Positions 40,379 to 54,238 of a DNA stretch of 64,000 nucleotides are shown piece by piece. Every line of letters starts with the position of its first letter. The stretch's first letter is position 1. Origin of the DNA: Octopus vulgaris (taxonomy: Eukaryota); assembly GCA_951406725.2 (NCBI GenBank), contig OX597823.1, positions 114,266,001 to 114,330,000 of the forward strand, written 5' to 3'. The notes below the pieces were generated by a model. It worked only from the letters and a program-made list of their open reading frames with translations, did not search any database and was not told the DNA's origin. Both the position numbers and the translations under genes were made by a program.

Positions 40379-41349
40379 TGTTTGTATGAATGTATGTATA
40401 TGCCCACACACAGCCATAATTGCATAGAAGGTTATGTATATGTGTGTATATATATATAATTATATCTATAATTATATATGTACGTCTATATGTATGTAAG
40501 TATATGAGTGTATACATATATATACACTCACACAAACACACAAACACACACACACACACATATATTTATATATATATATATATATCAATAATATTGTATT
40601 TTATGTAATACCCATACATGTCTTTGTATGTCTATATATTTAAGCAAACATACATATATACATGCACACATATATATGTACATACCTACACTGAGATACC
40701 TCCACCTCTTTCAAACTAGAATATTTCCCCAAAAGGCCCTGCTGGTCTGTGATTCAAAATATTGTATGAAGCCACATGGGAGACATACTGTTGTTATACA
40801 CATACACAAAGAAAAACTGCTTCTTCGAACGAGCAGAGGTGATTGTCATAAGGTCACTCTTCCTGGTACCCGAACTCTGGGTCGCACATATATCATGTTC
40901 ACTATAACTTTCTCCTCGCTCTTGGCTGGTATCGGACGAACAGTTCTCAAGATCTCCGAGTAACACTGAATCTATGTCCGCCACCCTGCTGTATCCTGCA
41001 CACAACCCTTTTTACCCAGATCTATCTAATCAAAGACACTTCCAGGTAACACGACTTGCTCAGCACGTTTTTTTTTTTTGGAATTGTCTAATTACTTCGA
41101 CTCATGCGTCACGGGGAAGGTCTTTAGTGTTCGGGTGAACAGAATCCGCTCTACCTTCAGCTGAATTATGTATGCGTACACACACACACACACACATATA
41201 TATGTAGATATAGATATACCCACTCACACTCATACGAACCCATGCACCTACACACACATACACAGGAGCACACACACACACACACACTAGATAGATACAT
41301 AAATAGATCGATATAGAAGAATATATATATACTGTATATGTATATTATA

Positions 41350-41356
41350 TATATAC

Positions 41357-41387
<31 letters not shown>

Positions 41388-41481
41388 CAAGTATGTATGT
41401 ATGTATGTATGTATGTATGTATATATGTATGTATGTATATATGTATGTATGTGTATGTATGTATGTATGTATGTATTTATG

Positions 41482-41515
<34 letters not shown>

Positions 41516-41645
41516 TGTATGTATGCATGCCTGCCTATATGTATGTATGCATGCCTATATGTATGTATGCATGCCTATATGTATGTATGTACGTATATAT
41601 GTATGTATGCCTGTATGTATGTATGTATGTATGTATGTATGTGTA
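41350..41645. repeat. (TATG)n microsatellite
   Basis: Direct inspection. Confidence 0.95.
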
Positions 41646-42351
41646 CTTCTAGCTGAAATTGGTTGAGATTTGAGCGTGAATATATATGCATCTACCTTCA
41701 TCTTCAAATATGCGCAGTAGTGTTTGTATGAGCTTATACATAATTTGAGCTTTTCGTATCTACATACATGGATATAATAAAATAGAAATATGAGAGCGCC
41801 TTATAGATCAGATCATTCTATGCTTGTACTTACACACACACAAACACACGATCACATGTATGTGTTTGCGTGCGTGTGTGTGTGTGTGTGTGTGTGTGAC
41901 ACTGCTTATTTGGTTTGTCTGTATATGTGTGTGTGTGTACGCATGTGTTTATATTCATAGAGGCGTGCGTCCGGAAAGCAAGCCGGAGTAGTGGTCGACC
42001 GACATGATGGCTAGCTAGCTGGCTGCTGGTAAAAACGACTGGCTTTAAGTTGGTCGATTGCTTGGTTCGTTATTGCCAAGGTATTATTTCGGTAGGAGTG
42101 AAAATGTAGAATAGAATGGCCGGGTGCCAGCTTGCCGATCGGCAGCGATCAATTATGACAAGTATAATGGTAATATATTATTCAACATCGGATGTGTAGG
42201 CTGTGTTAGCGTGTGTTCTTTGTGCTAAATGTATCATCGTCATCGTGGTGCACTTGTTGAGATGATGCCGCAAACTCGCTACTCACATGCGAACAAAGGA
42301 CTTCACACGACCAGACCTCCGCCATTAGTAGAATACAAAATCACCATGTGC

Positions 42352-42409
<58 letters not shown>

Positions 42410-42484
42410 AACTACTACTGCTGCTACTACTACTACTACTACTGCTACTACTACTACTACTATTACTACTACTACTACTACTAC

Positions 42485-42521
<37 letters not shown>

Positions 42522-42683
42522 AATACTGCTACTACTACTACTACTACTACTACTAATAATAATAATAATAATAAAAATAATAATAATAACAATAATAATA
42601 ATAATAATAATAATAATGATAATAATAATAATGATAGCACCACCACCACACCACCACAACCACTACTACTACTACTACTAATG

Positions 42684-42722
<39 letters not shown>

Positions 42723-42805
42723 CTAATACTACTACCACCACCACCACCACACCACCACAACCAACAATACCACAACCACCACCACTACTACTACTACTAC
42801 AACTA
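42352..42805. repeat. (CTA)n/(AAT)n/(CAC)n compound microsatellite
   Basis: Direct inspection. Confidence 0.95.
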
Positions 42806-42990
42806 TTTCTCATCTGACACCAGTTCAGATTTAATTTCACTATGTCTATCTCCCTACTATGTGCGTCCACTATTAATGGTACATATGCATGCATAGATGT
42901 ATGCAAATATGTGTGTGTGTGTATGTGTGCAAGTGTATGATAATACACGCACAAGCACACGCAAATATGCATGTGTGTGCATGTATATAC

Positions 42991-43032
<42 letters not shown>

Positions 43033-43354
43033 ATAAGTATGTATTTTGATGCGCTGCTGCTTCAATGTGTGTGAGGTGTATGCTTAAATCGATTGCGCCT
43101 TTTTATGTATGAACACATTCGAAGTTATTTACGTATGCACATGCAGACATGAAACAGATGCATGTATGCTCCAATATCGTTAGCATAAACTCACATGTTG
43201 TATAGAAAGGCTGGATGAAAGACAATATTAATGATATGCGCATATACACGTATATGGTATGTATGCGTGCCTACATGTACATATACACTGAAGCACAAGT
43301 GCACGCACATGGATGCATATATATATATATACATACATATATACATATATATGT

Positions 43355-43420
<66 letters not shown>

Positions 43421-45528
43421 ATTAAGTTTAACATGCTTTGTTTTACGTTACATTCAGTGGGTAACTAAATTTAAGATATTTTGAGTATTATGATGGGGCT
43501 TACATCGTGTTTGTATATGATTGATGTGTTTGTGTGTGTGTAAATTAGTGTTTATATATGTGGGTATGTATATGTGTGTCTGTATGTGTCTGCGTGTGTG
43601 TCCGTGTGTGTGTTTTACACTAATATCTATTACAGGTGACTGCCAAAATTATCAGAAGAATATGTTGGAAGGAATAATTTATAACAATTAACTTACAAAC
43701 AAAAAATTGTTTTTAAAACTTATAAATAACGGAACAATGATGCTTTGTTATACAAATTCGAACATTAACTGTTATTAAAAAAACAATAAAACGATTCCAG
43801 ACGAAATTTATCCAAATGTCTGCGACATAAAACGTTTTCAGTAATTATATATCCTGTTAATCAAAACTGAATGCGTTGAAGTAATTAATAAATAAGCATT
43901 TGAGAATACACATCGAAAACTTAAGCATCACTCAGAGTAAAGTAAACTAATGTACATTTAACCCGATAAAAATATCGAAGATCGAACTCATCATCGAAAT
44001 TCGATATTAGTGGTTACTCAAACGCCCTCGTACCGAAATACTCAAATTTCTGCATTACAGATCATAAACCAAATTCCAAGAGGAATAAAACTTTTATTTA
44101 ATTAACTCCAATGAAAGAGAGGTCAGAAAGATCGGCACCTATCAGCTAAAATATTGTAGCATCTTAAATTGCTTTGAAGCCATAATAGTCTTTTAATAGA
44201 ATATTTTATACTCGTCTCTACAAACGAGGCAAGAAAAATTCTTACGATTATTGTTTTAACTATTATTACTGTTAATGTGAAAGATCTCGAAATATTGAAA
44301 GTTCGACTGACGATTGCACATGCCATATAGAATACTATATTGTCGGTAATTCGGCTTAATGCTTATAGAGAAGAATATGGATTAAGTCATCTGAGATTTG
44401 GTAATGACTTTTAAAGCAAAATCTATAATTCGTTTTGTTACAAGAGGCGCTTTATCCAGATTACTGCCTCTTACATCTAAACATCATCTCTTAAGAGAAA
44501 TAATCAACTAAAATTGAACTGCCTTTTATTAAAAAGACCTATTGCTTTAAAATAACATATCAACAAAATACTTAGATTGCAGGTTCTCATTTGCTACCCT
44601 ACACTGGAGTAATTCACTATTTTGTGTATATATTAAACAAAAGAAATAGCCTAGCTTTGTAAACAAACATATCATCCAAAAATTGCTATTAAAATGATTA
44701 ATATATATCTTTAATAATCCCTAACTTTTCAATGGAGGCATATTTTTAATAATGCGACCACTTGAAATAATGACATTCCGATCGAAGATAGATATACTTT
44801 GGAAAATGAATATTTTTAGATTAAAAGATGTAAAAGCGCACCACAAATTAAGAAAAGATCAGAGATTGGTTGAATTACTTTGTTATCAGAAAGCTAAAAC
44901 ATCACTATTGTAGAAAACCACTATTACAAATTATTAAGAAATACTTCCACTAGCTACATAAATATCACCATATGTTAAGCAAAAGTACTACTAACTTTTC
45001 ATAGTTTACCATAGTAGATTTTCCAGATGTATTGTCTTTTAATAAGTATAGTCACTCCCATATCACATATTAATACACGAATTTTTAGAGTCAAACAGAA
45101 AGCTATTTCCTACCATTTCTCAATACTAAAACGTTATACTAAACAACTAGATATAATGTCCTCCACAACTGTAATAAGAAACATAATATATTTCGCTACC
45201 ACCTTTTATATGCGAATTAAATAGAAGCTCTTACATTGCAGCATAAACGGAATACAGTAGGAAAATTTAAAACAAAAACCGGGGTCAAAACCCTGCAATA
45301 TTTACATAACTAACTGAAACTTAATTACTAGTCTATGGATAAAAGAATTATGATAAACAGTTGTTGGAAAAGGATATCTACATGCAGCCATGAAATTTAT
45401 CGTTGCTATATAAACGAACATTTTAATTTAAATAATGCAATTCTTTTTATAGTATACAAGCTTATTTTCCTCACACGCTGTATAATAATGTTTTCGTCTT
45501 AATATTCCCTTCATATCCCATAGTTTTA

Positions 45529-46434
45529 CGAGACGGTATCAAAACGTTCCCGGATTATTTCTGTATCAAGGTAGCAGATGGTATCAAATGGTTGCGTGAA
45601 CATTGAGAGCTAGCAGTGACCTTCCTGATACAGTGTGCCGAGTGACACCATTGTGTTTACTTTGCAAGTTATGAAATTTGGGTTTTAGTCATCATGTGTA
45701 TGCTGCAGTCTGCGATTTTTCTCTTGAACAGGAAGTTGGAACAAGGATCCAACGTGAAATGTCACGTTAAATAAACTTAAGAAGTCTGCTACAGAGTCAT
45801 TGAGCATGCGTCGGCAAGCTTACGGTGACAAAGCAAGGAGTTTTATGCAAAGTTTCCAGAGGTATAGACGTATCAAAATCGGAAGATCGTTGAAGGAATG
45901 CGATGAGCGATCTGGAAGGCCTACCACAATTGTCACCATCGGAAATGTGGTCACCAGTTAGCGCATGTGGAACGTCAGAGAACAATCAACGATATTTTGA
46001 AGCGTTGAGGGAGGACATTCGGTGGAAGCAACCGGATCTGGGAAACGCGAAAATTGGATTCTTCACGACGGTAATGCACCTTGTCCCTGAACTCAAGCAT
46101 GAGTTTCTAGCCAAAAACATGGCATTGCTTCCGCATTCGCCCTATTCATCAGATTTAGAATCTGCGGACTTCCAACACTTCCCCAGGATGAAATGGTAGC
46201 TCAAAGGTCGCCGTTTTAACACCTTTGTCGAGATCAAGAGCGAATCACAGAAAGTCCTCGAATCGTTTGCGGAAAATTACTTTCTGACCGAATTCCAAAT
46301 GTAGCAGGAACGCTGAGGCCGCTAAATTGCTGCACAAAGTGACTATTTCGAAAGAGAGGGTGTGAAAACTTAGGTAAATAGGTTATTTCTTTATTAAACA
46401 TAAACCAGTCCAGAAACTTTGTGATGCCATCTCA
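45529..46434 (+). mobile_element. Internally deleted mariner transposon with TIRs
   Basis: TIRs cgagacggtatcaaaacgttcccgga and tccagaaactttgtgatgccatctca. Catalytic remnants WILHDGNAP and LLPHSPYSSDLESADFQHFPRMK (YSPDLAP motif). Confidence 0.82.
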
Positions 46435-46768
46435 TGCGATATTGCATTCATAATTCTTAAGTGTAAATTAATTCTTAATTTACTATCCATTTTTAAATCA
46501 TTTAATATTACATGCAAATATTGAATTATATAAGTATAGTTTGAATGTACAGGTGAAAAATTAACTATCGTCCATATCTATATACGTGTTGATCTGATAT
46601 CTGAGGAATGAGAGATTGAAATATTTAAACTCTACTTGCACATCTGACTGAAACGAAAAGAAGGATCATTCAGCCATATTGAAATATGCAAACGATCAAA
46701 CGAACAAGACCTTTCGCTTGTTATCGCTTTCCTAATACCAGCATTTATTATACATGACTAGAAACAAT

Positions 46769-47181
46769 GGCGGCGTGCTGGCAGAAACGTCAGCGCACCG
46801 GGCGAAATGCTTAGCGGTATTTCGTCTGTCGTTACGTTTTGAGTTCAAATTCCGCCGAGGTTGACTTTACCTTTCATCCATTTGGGGTCGATAAATTAAG
46901 TACCAGTTTCGCACTGGGGTCGATGTAATCGACTTAATCCCTTTGTCTGTCCTTGTTTGTCCCCTCTATGTTTAGCCCTTGTGGTTAGTAACGAAATAGA
47001 TATATCGTCTGCCGTTACGTTCTGAGTTCAAATTCCGCCGAGGTCGACTTTGCCTTTCATCCTTTCGGAGTCGATAAATAAAGTACCAGTTTCGCACTGG
47101 TTCGATGTAATCGACTTAATTCCTTTGTCTGTCCTTGTTTGTCCCCTCTATGTTTATCCCCTTGTGGGTAGTAAAGAAATA
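46769..47181 (+). mobile_element. Dimeric family-A SINE
   Basis: Monomer to ~46998, then a repeat from tatatcgtctgccg. Degenerate TSD tatacatgactagaaacaa / tatacataaacagaaacaa. Confidence 0.85.
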
Positions 47182-47769
47182 TATACATAAACAGAAACAA
47201 AAAAAATTGTTATATTTCAATTCCTCCTAAACATCGAAATGTAATTTACAATATTACATACGATATCATGTGTTAATTAACTATATATCATATATAAGCT
47301 GTTTCTACAAATAATTTTCCAATTAAATGAAACATGAAAAAATCCCTATAATTAAACAAAACAGCGCAAATCTATTGCTGATTTTTAATATCACAACAGT
47401 AAAAATACACGTTGTCATCGACTTGACAGAAAAATACAAATATAAATGCGTTTTAATTAAGTGTAATTATAACATTGTTATTCAAAGACTGACACAATTC
47501 TAATGCATGAAATATTTTATCTGTTATTACTCTTCCCGTATCAGAAGACAACACTGACGAGTAGCAATATATAGAAACCGTCGTCAAGTAACTATTTTAA
47601 CAATATTTTATTTGTACAAAACCGTATTTTGAGGTAAGGAGATAAATATTTGCGGTAATCACCTACTTTCTTATAAGATTAGATATAGTCAATACAGTAT
47701 GTGTGTGTGTATGTATGTGTGTGTGTGTAATCATACATACATACAAAAATACACATGCATATGTATACA

Positions 47770-47867
<98 letters not shown>

Positions 47868-47983
47868 TAGATAGATAGATAGTTAGGTAGATAGAAAGAT
47901 ACAGAGATAGATAGATATAGATATATACATACATATAGGTATATATACATGAATGTATATGTATATATACATATACATATGCA

Positions 47984-48043
<60 letters not shown>

Positions 48044-48773
48044 TAAATGTACATAAATAAATATATATATTTGTGTGTGTGTGTGTGCACACGCACACGC
48101 ACACATATGCGCATACATGTATGGGGGTGAATGCGCGTGCGCTACTCTTATCCAATTTTATGCTCTGATAGCCTGTGACGAGCATCGGCGTCTTGCTTCC
48201 TTGTTATTTTCATAATCATGCCGAACGCTCGCCTGCAGGCTTTACCATTCTGAATTATTTATAAGAATCTGGATATTCTTGTTTAAATTATTATTATACT
48301 GAAAAGCCGAATGAGAGATGCTGTCAGATCTCCAAGCTTTCTCGCTCAAGTTCCCACATCAGGTATCTATACTTCAATGATTCAGTTCAACATGTTAGAG
48401 ATTGTAGCCAGCTCTTCATCAAATCCCTTCCTACTATTATAAAAGGCATTAGATAATGTGGTCAGTAGTTCGCTGTTTCTCTAATGGCTTTGTTCATATG
48501 CGCGATCGATCAGAGCCTATCTGGGGCTATACAATACGTCAAAAGTAACAGCAACAACAGCAATTGATGCATATATGCAGTTGCTCGCCGGTTAAAAATA
48601 GCAGCTAAGTTTTCCTCAACATCATACTGCATTGTTTTAAAAACTGAAACCCTAATGGACAATACAGGATGATCGTAGCTGCAACATAGTTCTGGTGGTC
48701 AGGGTTATCCCATCGTTAAATCATAACATCAGAATTAGCACCACTATAAATTGAACGCAGTGCTGAGATTATT

Positions 48774-49006
48774 TATTTCTTTACGGCCCACAAGGGGCTA
48801 AACACAGAAGGGACAAACAAGGACAGACAAAGGGATTAAGTCGATTACATCGATCCCAGGGCGAAACTGGTACTTAATTTATCGACCCCGAAAGGATGAA
48901 AGGCAAAGTCGACCTCAGCAGGATTTGAACTCAGAACGTAACGACAGACGAAATACGGCTATGCATTTCGCCCGGAGTGCTAACGTTTCTGCCAGCTCGC
49001 CGCCTT
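48774..49006 (-). mobile_element. Family-A SINE, full length
   Basis: Reverse complement of aaggcggcgagctggcagaaacgttagc...gtaaagaaata. Candidate short TSD tgagat. Confidence 0.88.
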
Positions 49007-49315
49007 GTGAGATGACAAGAAGTGTAATCATTAAAGAACTTATTTCCTGATATAAATGCCGCCATTCGCATATTGATGTATATCTAGTTTCTGAAACAGT
49101 CCATTAATCTTTCGGATTGTATAACAAAGAGGGGTCGAATTGGTGGTTTCTATGAGAATGTAATTAGTAGAAATATAGTTGTAAATAATAATGTAGCGTC
49201 TCTTGTTGTGTAGTGAAAATAGGTTTAAGTATCACTTAACTTTCGAATGAGAATACCTATATCCAAACTCCTATCAATAAAGTATTGTGAAATTGGCGAT
49301 ATAGTGTTTTCTACA

Positions 49316-49702
49316 CAGGGCAGCGATCTGGCAGAATCGTTAGCACGCCGGACGAAATGCGTAGCCCTATTTCGTCTGCCGTTACGTTCTGAGTTCAAAT
49401 TCCGCCAAGGTCGACTTATTATTACCAGGCCTTGTGCCTATCATTAAAAGAATCATTATTATCATTAGCAAGGCGGCGAGCTGGTAGAAGCGTTAGTACG
49501 CCGGGCGAAATGCTTCGCGGTATTTCGTCTGCCGCTACGTTCTGAATTTAAATTACGCCGAGGTCGACTTTGCCTTTCATCCTTTCGGGGTCGATAAATT
49601 AAGTACCAGTTACACACTTGGGTCGATGTAATCGACTTAATCCCTTTGTCTGTCCTTGTCTGTCCCCTATGTGTTTAGCTCCTTGTGGGTAGTAAAGAAA
49701 AA
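49316..49702 (+). mobile_element. Composite family-A SINE (partial head + linker + full copy) with 17-bp TSD
   Basis: TSD atatagtgttttctaca at 49299-49315 and 49703-49719. Confidence 0.82.
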
Positions 49703-49788
49703 ATATAGTGTTTTCTACATTTGTGCAAGACTGGCACGAGAAATGAGAAAATAGAAAATAGGGACAATAAGACAGTGACAAGAGTGAG

Positions 49789-49844
<56 letters not shown>

Positions 49845-49915
49845 ATTAGGGAATAAATCCAAATTTACAGGGAAAAATCAGATTTAGAATTAAATCCAAT
49901 TTTATAGTAAAATAT

Positions 49916-50187
49916 TATATAATATAATTCGAGACAAAACCACTGTTTTGCAAAACAAATAAGGAAAGACTTAATCAATACATAAAAATGTTTAATATAA
50001 AGAAATAAACCGCATGAAATGACATGATTTTCGATCTCTAATCTGTTTTAATTTAATTTAAATTAAAACAGTTGTCGGCGGTCATTGAGACATGAAACAT
50101 TGTGTGGCTTTATATTAAAAATTTTATGTATTGATTAAGTCTTTCCTTATTTGTTTTGCAAAATAGTGGTTTTGTCTCGAATTATAT

Positions 50188-50193
<6 letters not shown>
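49916..50193. repeat. ~87-bp inverted-repeat fold-back between (TA)n tracts
   Basis: Arms 49916-50002 and 50108-50193 are near reverse complements. The spacer holds an AT hairpin at 50043-50070. Confidence 0.88.
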
Positions 50194-50258
<65 letters not shown>

Positions 50259-50348
50259 TGCTCGGTTATGGAATGTAGAAAGAAATAGAGGAAGACCGAG
50301 AAACGAACCGAAGCGGTACAAAAAAGAAAGAAACGAGGATAAAAATTT

Positions 50349-50540
50349 ACAAGAGCACTCAGAGAGCGCGAATCTCCGCCAAGGCAACTCCAACGTCCTT
50401 ATTTTTTTAAATAAGCATATGGCTCCTATAGAGACTGCTCTCACAAACGAGAATACTAAAAAGGACCACGATCGCTCTCAAAAATTAAGTTAAAAAACGG
50501 AAAAATAATCCAGAATCCTTCTCCGGTTCCTCGTCGATTC
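50349..50540 (-). mobile_element. 3' end of HINE-like element (same family as 1102-1444)
   Basis: acaagagcactcagagagcgcgaatctccgccaaggcaactccaacgtcc is the reverse of 1393-1444. Confidence 0.6.
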
Positions 50541-51414
50541 CCATGGTAAATAATGAAAAATAAAAGGAAATGTGAGGCATAAGAAGGGAGGAATTAATGA
50601 GTCATAGCTCAGAGTTTCTGCATGCCAATAGATTAAAACGTAGATAGATCATATGAATATGGTTTAGGATTGCAAGTTTATGTGACTCCTGTTCTTTGGA
50701 AAACGTCATGTGATGCGTGAGCCATCATTCTACTTAAAATGAGTTTTATGAAAAGTGAAAGGGGAAATATTTGTTTTCGTTTCAGAAAATATGTAAATTT
50801 AATTTAGATGGTCATTAAATTCTGCCTCTTATCTTCATATGCTTTGTTTTCATATGACAAATCGTGAGTAGTTAAGCCCTTTCTCAAATGTGGAGTAGGA
50901 CTCATCATACTCCAGAGATACTTTACAAGAGTTATGGAGAGAAAATCAATATAGCTTGTACCGGATATTTTATTTCCCATGAAAACACATGAAATCATCA
51001 TTTACATTTAAAGAAATTCTGTTAATTAAAAATCAATCACACATAAGGTAGTCTCTCAAATTAGCTGCGTTTCTTCCAACTTTACGTTCTATGGTTAAGT
51101 TTCGCGTAGGTCGAGTGTGACTTTCATCCTTTCGTGGTCGATAAAATAAAGTAAAATACCATCAAGCTCTAGCGTCTGTATAAGTGACTTATCGCTTTCC
51201 TTCGAAATTAGTTAGAATTATGATAGAGATAAGTAACATCATTATACTGTCATATGTAGACTACAAGATCATTATATTGTCAGAAAAATAAATATGAACT
51301 TCGATAGAGTAAAATGATATTTTGATGATTTCGAAAACAGAGTTATCATTTATTATCTACATGTACTAAATAATGGCACGTTGATAGAGTGGCCCATTGA
51401 TAGAGGGTAGCACA

Positions 51415-51533
<119 letters not shown>

Positions 51534-51631
51534 GTTAATCCAAACAAGAAAGCACAAAAAAACACACCATCGCGAGGACGTGGAACAAATATAGCATTAT
51601 TTGACGCTCAGGAAAGAAGGAGAGAAGGAGG

Positions 51632-51666
51632 GTTTAACGTTTCGAGCGGAACTCTTCGTCGGAAAC
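51632..51666 (-). ncRNA. Minimal type I hammerhead motif (U4C core) in a ~210-bp insert within (TA)n
   Basis: Minus strand gttt CCGACGA a gagt tcc gctc GAAA cg TTA aac, with palindromic AACGTT stem III. Confidence 0.6.
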
Positions 51667-51737
51667 ATACGAGAAGGAAAGATCCAGAGAAGGGAAGACA
51701 GAGGAAAAAAATCGCCAACGGTACACACGAGGTCACG

Positions 51738-51771
<34 letters not shown>

Positions 51772-51813
51772 TGTATGTATGTATGTATGTATGTATGTAT
51801 GAATATATGTATG

Positions 51814-51872
<59 letters not shown>

Positions 51873-51902
51873 TTATTTAAAAGAAGCACAAATATATCAA
51901 AA

Positions 51903-51942
51903 GCTGTTACTCAGAGCTTCACGTTCACGTTCGTCGGACAGC
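51903..51942 (-). ncRNA. Minimal hammerhead motif (U4C core, GAAA>GAAG)
   Basis: Minus strand gctgt CCGACGA acg tgaa cgt GAAG ctc t gag TA acagc. All three stems pair. Confidence 0.6.
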
Positions 51943-51956
51943 TTTTGTTGAAAAAA

Positions 51957-51994
51957 ACTGTCCGACGAACGATAACGTGAAACTGAATAACAGC
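51957..51994 (+). ncRNA. Minimal hammerhead motif (U4C core, damaged stem III)
   Basis: actgt CCGACGA acg ataa cgt GAAA ctgaa TA acagc. Confidence 0.5.
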
Positions 51995-52089
51995 TTTTGG
52001 TATATTTCTGCTGCTTTTAAATAAAACATATTACTCTACCTCTGGTATTTGAGTACTCTTTTTTACACCTAGTTTCACATTTATGTGCT

Positions 52090-52145
<56 letters not shown>

Positions 52146-53148
52146 CAATTATTTAGTGATGTACAACATGTCTAACTAGATTCTAAGATCGGATATCACC
52201 TCAGGTAGACTTTACTTTTCAGTTTTCCAGGGTCGATAAAATAAAATATTGCGATCAATATTATCGACTAAAATGCCACCATCCCCTCAAATGTATGCCC
52301 TTCAGCCAAATTTAGAAACCATTATATTCATCATTAACTTGATTCCGAGGATATAAATGACAAATCAATACCAATAAGATTTGATCTTAGACAATATAGT
52401 TACCATTAGTTACCATAATAAAACCTCTTAAAAATATAATAATAACGCACGAATTGGTATTCGGAACATAATAGCCATTCCGAAACAATATATTCCAGGA
52501 GAAAGTCAAGTCGGTTGGATAGGATGAAGTATATTACCTGGACGTTAGCTTGTAGAGAATTACGTTGTTAAGTTGTTTAATATTTTTCAAAATCAGAATC
52601 CCATTCAGGGAATCACAATGGAAAACCATAGAGATAAAAGAAAAGAAAGTTAAATTAGTTATATGGGTTGGAAGTGAGTCAGAGAGAGGAAGGGAGAGAG
52701 AGAGAGAGTGAGAGAGACAGTGAGACAGAGACAGAGCGAGAGATAGCGGTGGTGGGGGCTGAGATGGGGTTGTATTTGATTTTTAGAGTGATGTTCATAA
52801 CTTTGGACATTGGAAATGTATTCTGATATTACTGCTGAGATATAGACACGTAAAACATATTTCAGTAGATGCGTTTATATACTATAAACGCACAAATGTA
52901 ACCACTCATAAACAGACATGTAACATATATGTTAGATATGAATACATATATGTCTGTCGGAGGGTGTTGTGTGTGTATATGTGTGTGTGTGTGCGTATGC
53001 ACATATGTTATTTCCTCTTTATATGCCCTTGTAAATATATATATTTTTTATACATATGAACTGATGTACAATAGATCTCTTTCCCTCCCTTCTCTCATCT
53101 TCATACACACAGATAAACACACACTAACACAAACACACACTAACACAA

Positions 53149-53179
<31 letters not shown>

Positions 53180-53549
53180 TATGCATGTATATATACTTAT
53201 ACACATTTACACACACACACACACATATATGTTATGCTTATGTGTGGATACTGCTTTCTGAGAGATGTCGGAAATGAACCAAAGAGGAAGTAAAAACAAA
53301 CATTGAATGACTGCTGCCCTCTGCCGGTCATAAACTTTACTAAAATCACGATACTAATCAATATCACGAACATATTGTATTATTTCTCGTGTCACACAAG
53401 GTGTCGTATTACCTCTCTTATTGTTATTGATATTCAAGTAGATGTTCTTCCTCACGTTGGCCATTTTCATTCTTGCCAGCATTGTTTTTACATGATTCTT
53501 GCTTCGTTATATTTTTATGTATTGTTTCCATGAATTTTATTTCGCTTCA

Positions 53550-53945
53550 ATACACACATACATACAGACAGACAGACAGACATACACACATACATGCATA
53601 CACACATACATACATGCATACATACATACATACATACATACATACATACACACATACATACAAGCACACATACATGCATACACACATACATACATGCATA
53701 CATACATGCATACATACACACATACATACATACACACATACATACAAGCACACATACATGCATACACACATACATACATGCATACATACATACATACATA
53801 CATACACACATACACACATGCATACAAGCACACATACATGCATACACACATACATACATGCATACATACACTCATACATACATACAGACAGACAGGCAGA
53901 CACACACACATACTGATAGAAAGATAGACGGACAGACAAATAGAC

Positions 53946-53992
<47 letters not shown>

Positions 53993-54068
53993 CACATACG
54001 TATACATATACACATATATACTTCTATACAGAAGCATATACAAACATACATATTTCCATTTATGTATG

Positions 54069-54121
<53 letters not shown>

Positions 54122-54238
54122 ATATGTGTGTATGTATGTATAATTATATATGTATATGCATATGCGCATATATATATATATATAAGTGTGTGTGTGTGTA
54201 TGTGGTCACTTGTGTGTGTGTGTGTGTGTGTGTGTGTG
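53550..54238. repeat. (CATA)n/(GATA)n/(TA)n/(TG)n compound microsatellite
   Basis: Direct inspection. Confidence 0.93.

Larger units (their letters stand above)
51873..52092. mobile_element. Mini fold-back element with two opposed hammerhead motifs, in (TA)n
   Basis: Inverted arms span 51873-52024, followed by a ~70-bp unique tail. Relatives occur at 40214-40330 and 63058-63130. Confidence 0.75.

Noticed and set aside
40690-41110. Complex-sequence block with ORFs 40628..40963 and 40754..41005
   Set aside because: No recognisable motif in the given frames. It is probably an old repeat fragment but cannot be assigned.
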